DNA from: a virus
Reading direction: 5' to 3' (one strand)
Virus record (IMG/VR): IMGVR_UViG_3300033153_002015
Coordinates: 1-20,168 of that record
Length of the DNA: 20,168 nucleotides
The stretch's first letter is position 1; every line of letters begins with the position of its first letter. Positions 1 to 5,418 of this stretch are shown one piece after another. The position numbers and the translations under genes were made by a program. Under the pieces are notes generated by a model. The model worked only from the letters and a program-made list of their open reading frames with translations. It was not told where the DNA came from and made no database searches.

Positions 1-326
1 GTGAAGTGACGACGCACCCATTCGTAGATCGCGGCCTGGCCTTTGATGGAGACCTTGTGCCCGCCCCGCGTGCCGGACTCGACGACGCCAGCGTACGGCG
101 CATGGTTGAAGAGGATGACTATCGCACCCTTCTTCTTCACCTTGCGTATTCGCTTCACCTTCCACGCGGCAGCCAGCTCGTGTTGGTCGAACGGTGTCTT
201 GCCCGAGATGTACGTTCGGCCCCTCTCGGCGCTTACTGCAACGGCATGCTGGATGAGCTTCGCCGTCACACGACCGTGTCGCTTCAGCTCGGCCTTGAGC
301 CCTCCTGGTTCGATCGCGATGCCCAT
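1..326 (-). CDS. Partial CDS (start at 326, runs off the left edge): HK97 gp10-like head-tail / tail-completion protein
   Basis: It is absent from the ORF track because it has no stop codon in the window. My own minus-strand translation from ATG 326-324 is MGIAIEPGGLKAELKRHGRVTAKLIQHAVAVSAERGRTYISGKTPFDQHELAAAWKVKRIRKVKKKGAIVILFNHAPYAGVVESGTRGGHKVSIKGQAAIYEWVRRHF, open to position 1. The NHAPYAGVVESGT segment matches the APYA-x3-E-x-GT signature I associate with the HK97 gp10 family. The start overlaps the upstream stop as TGATG. Confidence 0.55.
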   Translation of the reverse strand, partial: MGIAIEPGGLKAELKRHGRVTAKLIQHAVAVSAERGRTYISGKTPFDQHELAAAWKVKRIRKVKKKGAIVILFNHAPYAGVVESGTRGGHKVSIKGQAAIYEWVRRHF

Positions 327-811
327 CAGGTCGACTCCTGACCTGAGCGGAGGAACACGACCCAGCCCATATCCTTCTCGCGATCCACGAACGGAGGCTT
401 GCCGACATTGAAGGTCTTCGTCCGGTTTGCCTGACCGTGCGCCTCTTTGATGCGCCAGAAGAAGCGCTGGTTCTTGCCCATCGACGCGCGCACGCCAATA
501 AGCTCTGCTTCGATGTACGACAGGGACACCTCGCGAAGACGAATCTCCCCGAGCTGATCGATGCCGCACGTTGCAAGCTCGTATCGGTACCCGTCCCAGA
601 TGTCGATGACCGGCTGCGAGGTAATCTCTGTCTCGACAGACGAAACGGATCCCTTGCCAACCACGCCACCCGACCACGTTTCGTGGACGGTGTAGGCGCG
701 ATAGGCGCGCACGCCGAACTCTGTGTGAAGCTCGTCGCGCAGGGAATCGATCACGTCGACAACGAGGCTGTCGACGAGAACATCCGAATCGAGTACGGCA
801 GAACCACCCAT
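326..811 (-). CDS. Hypothetical virion / head-tail joining module protein (161 aa)
   Basis: Intact ORF with ordinary protein-like composition. Its ATG lies 4 nt after the stop of the upstream gene, and its stop overlaps the next start. It sits between a structural protein and the gp10-like gene. I recognise no motif. Confidence 0.65.
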   Translation of the reverse strand: MGGSAVLDSDVLVDSLVVDVIDSLRDELHTEFGVRAYRAYTVHETWSGGVVGKGSVSSVETEITSQPVIDIWDGYRYELATCGIDQLGEIRLREVSLSYIEAELIGVRASMGKNQRFFWRIKEAHGQANRTKTFNVGKPPFVDREKDMGWVVFLRSGQEST

Positions 812-815
812 GGTC

Positions 816-1739
816 TTACGTGATGGTCATGCCCTTGAAGTTCATGATGCGCCAACCGGCCGCGGTCCACACCAGCTCGCCGGCTTCGAGAAGCGCATCG
901 AGGTCAATGCTTGTGCCGTCGGCGAAGTTCGCCGGGGTCAGCGTACCGTCTGGCGTGGTGGCTGCGAGGATGACCACGAACTTCTTGATCTGCCCCTCGT
1001 AGCGACCATCGGCCAGCGTGTACGCCTTCGTGCCGGTGACGGAAATCAGCGAGGTGAGCACGTCCAGGGACAGTGCCCCGCTCGTGACGGTCTCCAGGTC
1101 CACCGGCAGGTTTGCAACCAGCTCCGTGGAGAGACCCCTGTTGATGGTTGCCACCGGCGTGCCCGAGGTGTACGCGGTCGTATTGGCGCGCACGCGAGCC
1201 GCGGCGCCGCGGGCGACGACGACGGAGCCGGCAGCCGTGAGGGGGAGGCCGACGTTGTGCCAGTCGGAACCGGCCGCGCTGAGCGAGACCTGCATCTGCA
1301 CGGTAGCAGTGAAGGTGCCGCTCAATCCGATGACGCACTGTTCGCCGCCATCGAGTGCGGTTGCTGCGCCGGCCGCAACGCTGCTTGCAATCGCGAGCGT
1401 TCCAGACTTGAAGGTGCGCTCCAGTAGGTGCGCCGACAAGGACGAGTCGTGAAGGATTGTTCCGACGGGCGTGCCCGAGGAGTAGCTCGACACCGTTGCA
1501 CGCACGCGACGCGCACGGCCAGCTTCGAGAGTGCGCTGGCCGGTCGCAGTGGTGATGAAGATGTCACCAAGGGAATACCAGGCCGAACCGGAGGTATCCG
1601 GCGACCACTGGAACTGGACGCTGGCGTTATGGGTACCGCTCAGGCCGACTGTGATCGGCGAGCGAGGGGATACGGCTACCGGCGTCGACGACGTGTCGGT
1701 GACGGGGATGCCGAGATCTTCTGATACGTAGCTGGACAT
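816..1739 (-). CDS. Structural protein (307 aa) with two tandem copies of a ~65-aa beta-rich module plus a C-terminal domain
   Basis: SD GGAGAG lies 6 nt upstream of ATG 1739. There is an internal duplication: aa 29-95 ITVGLSGTHNASVQFQWSPDTSGSAWY...RRVRATVSSYSSGTPVGTI versus aa 135-199 CVIGLSGTFTATVQMQVSLSAAGSDWH...ARVRANTTAYTSGTPVATI. It lies in the head/connector gene block. Confidence 0.75.
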   Translation of the reverse strand: MSSYVSEDLGIPVTDTSSTPVAVSPRSPITVGLSGTHNASVQFQWSPDTSGSAWYSLGDIFITTATGQRTLEAGRARRVRATVSSYSSGTPVGTILHDSSLSAHLLERTFKSGTLAIASSVAAGAATALDGGEQCVIGLSGTFTATVQMQVSLSAAGSDWHNVGLPLTAAGSVVVARGAAARVRANTTAYTSGTPVATINRGLSTELVANLPVDLETVTSGALSLDVLTSLISVTGTKAYTLADGRYEGQIKKFVVILAATTPDGTLTPANFADGTSIDLDALLEAGELVWTAAGWRIMNFKGMTIT

Positions 1740-1823
1740 GGTTTGCTCTCCGTTGGTTTAATGTCCGCCCCCCGACGCCGACCAACACTGGAGATGTAGT
1801 ACCAGCGCCGAGGAGAAGACGAA

Positions 1824-2240
1824 TCACTTGCCGACGTAGTTGCCTCCACCAGAGGAACCACCAGGACCAGCGAACGAGCGAATGCGCGCGCCGCCGAACT
1901 GCCCGCCGCTGCGAGTCTCGACGCCAAGCATTCGAGCGAGGTCTTCAACCCAGCGGTCACCTTCAGCCTTCAACTGATTGGTCTCCTGCTGGCGTAGCTC
2001 GATCGAGCCGACTTTGTTTGCCTTCAACCGCGAGTGCGCGCCGCGCAGCTTCGTCTGGATGTCGGAGATGTTCGCGAGGATGCCGTCGTTCGCGAGTAGG
2101 TCGGTGACCTGAAGCTCGTGCTCGGGCTCCGTAGACAGCGCCGACATCGCCTGTTCGAGGCGGCTATCGGACTGGTGGAAGCGGGCCGACCATCCCAGCG
2201 CGCGCCGAACCGCAGCCCTTTGGGTGTCGGTGAGTGCCAC
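1824..2240 (-). CDS. Hypothetical head/connector module protein (138 aa), helical N-terminal part and Gly-rich C-terminus
   Basis: Intact ORF whose ATG lies 3 nt after the upstream stop. The sequence MALTDTQRAAVRRALGW...LKAEGDRWVEDLARMLGV...GGSSGGGNYVGK is protein-like. Function is not recognisable from the sequence. Confidence 0.7.
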   Translation of the reverse strand: MALTDTQRAAVRRALGWSARFHQSDSRLEQAMSALSTEPEHELQVTDLLANDGILANISDIQTKLRGAHSRLKANKVGSIELRQQETNQLKAEGDRWVEDLARMLGVETRSGGQFGGARIRSFAGPGGSSGGGNYVGK

Positions 2241-2243
2241 GAG

Positions 2244-2594
2244 CTACCCCTTGCCCTTACCCTTGCCACTGCCCTTGCCCTTTGCGGGCTTCGGCTCGTC
2301 CGGTACACCGGGCGGCTTCACCGACTTCGACATGGGCTTCGGGGCCGGCTTTGGGGGCGTCGGCTTCGGAGGCGTTGGCTTGACGACGTTCGAGACGTTC
2401 AGCTGCCCTGGCGTGGCCTTCGACTTCGCGACGAATCCAACGCGGTTGAACGCCTTCTCGTAGCAGATCGGGCCGACGCATGACTCGCCTGGCTCACTCG
2501 TGTAAACCGTGGGAGGTCCGCCGGGCGCATTCCCGATCTCCAGTCGCAAAGTTCCCGCGCTCGGATTCAGGTACTTCTGCATGGGGATGCTCAT
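2244..2594 (-). CDS. Small protein (116 aa): ~55-aa N-terminal domain plus a Pro/Lys-rich and Gly/Lys-rich low-complexity tail
   Basis: An AGGAGA motif lies upstream of ATG 2594. The tail reads KPTPPKPTPPKPAPKP...PGVPDEPKPAKGKGSGKGKGKG, encoded by short imperfect tandem DNA repeats at about 2245-2400. Confidence 0.6.
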   Translation of the reverse strand: MSIPMQKYLNPSAGTLRLEIGNAPGGPPTVYTSEPGESCVGPICYEKAFNRVGFVAKSKATPGQLNVSNVVKPTPPKPTPPKPAPKPMSKSVKPPGVPDEPKPAKGKGSGKGKGKG

Positions 2595-2630
2595 CGTGCG
2601 TGGATCTCCTGTGTCGGTGAACGAAAGGGT

Positions 2631-2668
2631 GCGCGAGAGCCCGAGAAGGAAAAACCGGACTCTCGCGC
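2631..2668 (-). terminator. Strong hairpin (13 bp including one G.U) between the 108-aa and 116-aa genes. Candidate partial terminator or attenuator
   Basis: Minus strand: GCGCGAGAGTCCG-GTTTTTCCTTCT-CGGGCTCTCGCGC, followed by ACCCTTTCGTTC, which is only a weak T-run. It starts 14 nt after the TAA at 2682. Confidence 0.4.
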
Positions 2669-2681
2669 GAGGGGGTGTCGC

Positions 2682-3008
2682 TTACTTGAGGGTCTTGTCG
2701 ATGCCGCCGGCCGCCATGACGATGCCGCCAGACGTGGTCGCAGTCTGGTTGATGCGAACCTTCTTGAGCCCAGCCGGAAGCTGGTACCAGGCAACCGCCG
2801 TGAGACCAGCAAGGCTGTTCCCGAAGATGTCGTCCAGTGCAGCGAAGTTCGTCCCGTCGACGCTGCCTTCTACGGTGAAGGTGCCAACGAAGGAGGCGGT
2901 CTCCTCGTAGACATTGACGCAGACCGGATCGAGGTTCTCGACGTTGACCGCCGAGGAAATCTCGACCGCGTCGGTCTCGCTGGTCAGTCCGTACATGTGC
3001 TTTGACAT
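2682..3008 (-). CDS. Putative capsid decoration / auxiliary head protein (108 aa). Carries a third copy of the module repeated in the 307-aa protein
   Basis: SD AGGAGAG lies 7 nt upstream of ATG 3008, immediately downstream of the major capsid gene. FVGTFTVEGSVDGTNFAAL...LKKVRINQTATTSGGIVMA parallels GLSGTFTATVQMQVS...DW...RVRANTTAYTSGTPVATI. Confidence 0.65.
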   Translation of the reverse strand: MSKHMYGLTSETDAVEISSAVNVENLDPVCVNVYEETASFVGTFTVEGSVDGTNFAALDDIFGNSLAGLTAVAWYQLPAGLKKVRINQTATTSGGIVMAAGGIDKTLK

Positions 3009-3034
3009 TGGTGTTCTCTCCTGATGAACCGAGC

Positions 3035-3048
3035 GGGGCTTACGCCCC
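3035..3048 (-). terminator. GC hairpin with a GNRA-type loop just after the capsid gene. Candidate attenuator or RNA-stability element
   Basis: Minus strand GGGGC-GTAA-GCCCC lies 27 nt after the capsid TAA. It has no U-tract, and the next gene's SD follows directly. Confidence 0.3.
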
Positions 3049-3075
3049 TGTCAGTTAGCTAGCGCGATGGACTGC

Positions 3076-4140
3076 TTACGCAGCGAGGTTGGTGATGTAG
3101 CCGCACGCGTTCGGGCGTTTGACCATGATCTGCGGGTAGCAGTAGAGGGCGAACTTGAACGCGTCGCCCGTGATTGCGAGCGGCTGAATGCGCGCGTAGA
3201 GCTTCGACTTGTTCTTGCCGAACTGCTCTTCGGGGGTACCGGCGAGGCCGATCGTTCCCATGGCGCGGTTCATCACGTCAGGGCTGTCGATGAGCTGACA
3301 GATCTTCACGTGGCGCGAGTTCAACGCGGTGACCTTCTGCACGGGATGCAGAACGTCTTCGATGACCGGGATGCCGTCGAACTCCAGCACCTGGTAGCCA
3401 CCGTCTAGCTTGATGACGGTGCCATCGTTGCGTCGGACGCTGTCGGTGTACCGGCGCTCGGCCTGGTACGCGAGACCGAGCTTTTCGTGCTGGACCGGAT
3501 CGGTGATGAAGATGTCGGGACGCTCACCACTCGCCGAGTAGATCACGCGGCGCAGTTCACGCATAAGCGTGAAGGCGTTCGCCTGGAAGTCTCCAGCTCC
3601 AGCGTCGACCACGTTCCCTTGCCACTGCGCGACACCCGAACGATCGATGCCGGCGTAGATGCCGGTGTCGCCGATGGCGTCAACGGTACCAGCACCGAGG
3701 GATCCGTAGAGCCCGTGCATGTTGTTCGTGGCGCCAGTGCCGGTGTAGATGTCCGCTGCGATGGCGCGCGCGAGACGCTCCACCGAATCACCAAGCTCGT
3801 CAACGAGCAGCGCGGCAAGCTCGGCGGGGTTGCCGGCGGCGCGGGCAGCTGCCATCGCCTTACCAGTGACGCTGAAGGCGTCGTGGTAGGTGCCGTACTG
3901 GAGAACGGCGGCCGACTTGGTGTCGTTGTTGAAGGTTGTGACGTCGGCGCCATCGGAGATGACGGCGGTGGTCGGAGTTGCGGTACCCGTGCGAACGGAC
4001 CACTGAACGTTCTTGCCTGTGCCAGGCGAGATGTCCAGCACCTGAGCGGCGACACAGGAACGGTTGATCTGATTCGCGATCTCATCGAAAAATAGTTCCG
4101 AGAGGGTCGCGTCGATGGTCGAGAATGAAACAACAGCCAT
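3076..4140 (-). CDS. Major capsid protein, HK97-fold, P22-coat-like (354 aa from the ATG at 4140)
   Basis: It lies directly downstream of a scaffold-like gene. ATG 4140 has SD GAGG with a 5-nt spacer (ACGAGGCACGCATG). The GTG at 4203 that opens the longer track ORF has no SD and sits inside a hairpin. By memory the sequence resembles the P22 coat family: ERPDIFITDPVQHEKLG versus P22 YFFNPQDYKKAG, and C-terminal FALYCYPQIMVKRPNACGYI versus P22 IALWYGVNATRPEAIGV. Confidence 0.85.
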   Translation of the reverse strand: MAVVSFSTIDATLSELFFDEIANQINRSCVAAQVLDISPGTGKNVQWSVRTGTATPTTAVISDGADVTTFNNDTKSAAVLQYGTYHDAFSVTGKAMAAARAAGNPAELAALLVDELGDSVERLARAIAADIYTGTGATNNMHGLYGSLGAGTVDAIGDTGIYAGIDRSGVAQWQGNVVDAGAGDFQANAFTLMRELRRVIYSASGERPDIFITDPVQHEKLGLAYQAERRYTDSVRRNDGTVIKLDGGYQVLEFDGIPVIEDVLHPVQKVTALNSRHVKICQLIDSPDVMNRAMGTIGLAGTPEEQFGKNKSKLYARIQPLAITGDAFKFALYCYPQIMVKRPNACGYITNLAA

Positions 4141-4393
4141 GCGTGCCTCGTAAATGTTGGTGGGTTGCAGGGTCCGCGCTGTTCGCTGCGCTGGCGTGCT
4201 CACCGAGGTGAGTTATGCAACGTGCGTGTTGCCTCCGTGCAACCCAGTCGAGGCCGGGTGTACGCAAACCATCCGCCCCCTTTCCGTTCGTGTCAAGTTA
4301 ACGAACGCAGCCGGCCGCACCACTTCACGAAGAAGCGATGCGGCCGATGATGCCGTAGGTATGGCTTGCTGTACCGATTCGGCGTCTTAGCCG
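4141..4393 (-). promoter_or_regulatory. Structured ~250-nt leader between the scaffold and capsid genes, containing four hairpins
   Basis: There are perfect or near-perfect inverted repeats (plus-strand coordinates). 4313-4345: GGCCGCA...TGCGGCC with an inner CTTC/GAAG stem. 4285-4307: CGTTCGT-9 nt-ACGAACG, with a TTGACA in the loop on the minus strand. 4228-4243: GTTGC-6 nt-GCAAC. 4199-4212: CTCAC-CGAG-GTGAG. No convincing ORF is present. Confidence 0.4.
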
Positions 4394-5152
4394 CTACTCG
4401 ATGGCGCCGAACAATTGTTTCCCGAGATGAGTCATCAGCTCTCCCCTGGACGGCTTCTCTCCCGGGCGCCTGGCTGGCGGGCGTCCACCCTTGTTGCCGG
4501 AACCGGATACGTCGACCGGCGGGAGGAACACTTTGCCCTCATCGGTACCGAGGTACTCGACGATGCCCTCGTCGATAGGCAGAAGCTCTGGCCCCCACTC
4601 GCGCTTGAAGCGCATGCAGATGTTCCCGTCCTCGTCGCGCTCGATGAGCTTCTGGTCGAGATACAGGTACGCGGAAGCTGCGCCGAGGCGAGCGTCATCG
4701 ACGCCGCCCTTCCGCAGTGCGTTCGTGAGCGAGCTGCGCTCCTGTTGCACTACGGCCTTCTGCTTCTCCGCTGCTGCTGCGTTCTCGGTGGCTTCGAGCT
4801 TCTCGCGGATAACCTTCTGCTCTGTCTTCATCTTCGCCAGCTCGATCTCGGCAGCGCTCGGCGGCTTGTCGCCTGGTGCCGGTGTCTCCGGTGCCGCTGG
4901 TGTCGGCGGCTGGAAGCTCTTCATGGCCTCGCCGATACCACTGGAGATCATGCCCGAGAAGTCGAGCCGCTTCAGGTGCCCAGTCACCGCGCTGTTCACC
5001 ATGTTCGCGAGCTTCTTCTCGTCGATAGCTGGCGCCGCGGGCGGGTCGCCACCGTCGCCACCACCGGCTGGCGGGTCGTCATCCGCAGAGCAGACCAGGC
5101 CGGACGTCGGCACCATCACGTTGAACGCATTCCGTAGATTCTCGAACTTCAT
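4394..5152 (-). CDS. Scaffolding protein (252 aa)
   Basis: It occupies the slot immediately upstream of the capsid gene. SD GGGGAGAAG lies before ATG 5152. The central region is charged and looks coiled-coil (AEIELAKMKTEQKVIREKLEATENAAAAEKQKAVVQQERSSL), with Pro/Ala-rich linkers and a basic C-terminus. The assignment rests on position and composition, not on a motif. Confidence 0.65.
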   Translation of the reverse strand: MKFENLRNAFNVMVPTSGLVCSADDDPPAGGGDGGDPPAAPAIDEKKLANMVNSAVTGHLKRLDFSGMISSGIGEAMKSFQPPTPAAPETPAPGDKPPSAAEIELAKMKTEQKVIREKLEATENAAAAEKQKAVVQQERSSLTNALRKGGVDDARLGAASAYLYLDQKLIERDEDGNICMRFKREWGPELLPIDEGIVEYLGTDEGKVFLPPVDVSGSGNKGGRPPARRPGEKPSRGELMTHLGKQLFGAIE

Positions 5153-5193
5153 ACTCTTCTCCCCTGTTGGATTTCTGCTGCGGTGTGCAGCGG

Positions 5194-5418
5194 TTAACTT
5201 GGTCTATAGCTGAGCAGTTCGTCAAGGTACGTCTTCTCTGGCGTCATATCGATGTCCCAGTCTTCGGCTAGAATCTCCAGCCCGACCGGGTCGTCTTGAC
5301 TGCGCCAGATGACGATCCACTCGTCTTGCGTTAGCGGTCTCTTCAGCGACTTGTAGTACCGCTCTGCTGCATCCAGGTCGTTGCGTGGCATGTCCACGAT
5401 GTTCAGATTCTTCGCCAT
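5194..5418 (-). CDS. Small acidic protein (74 aa), translationally coupled to the giant MuF protein. Candidate cognate inhibitor or immunity protein
   Basis: Its ATG overlaps the giant gene's TAA by 1 nt (TAATG at 5420-5416). By my count it has 16 D/E against 9 K/R. Sequence: MAKNLNIVDMPRNDLDAAERYYKSLKRPLTQDEWIVIWRSQDDPVGLEILAEDWDIDMTPEKTYLDELLSYRPS. I recognise no family. Confidence 0.6.
   Translation of the reverse strand: MAKNLNIVDMPRNDLDAAERYYKSLKRPLTQDEWIVIWRSQDDPVGLEILAEDWDIDMTPEKTYLDELLSYRPS

Noticed and set aside
6-411. Plus-strand ORFs 6-341 and 43-411 at the left edge.
   Set aside because: The minus strand carries an edge-truncated ORF, coupled to the upstream gene, with an HK97 gp10-like APYA..E.GT motif. 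The plus-strand frames have no motif and would be the only convergent genes here.
2244-2410. Short tandem DNA repeats (CCCTTG-type and GGCTTCGG-type) as a possible CRISPR array or a non-coding satellite.
   Set aside because: They are in frame within an ORF and encode GKGKG and KPTPP low-complexity peptide. There is no repeat-spacer architecture.
3076-4203. Longer capsid ORF starting at GTG 4203 (375 aa).
   Set aside because: There is no SD upstream, and the GTG sits inside the CTCAC-CGAG-GTGAG hairpin. The extra 21 residues (MSTPAQRTARTLQPTNIYEAR) precede an ATG with a well-spaced GAGG.
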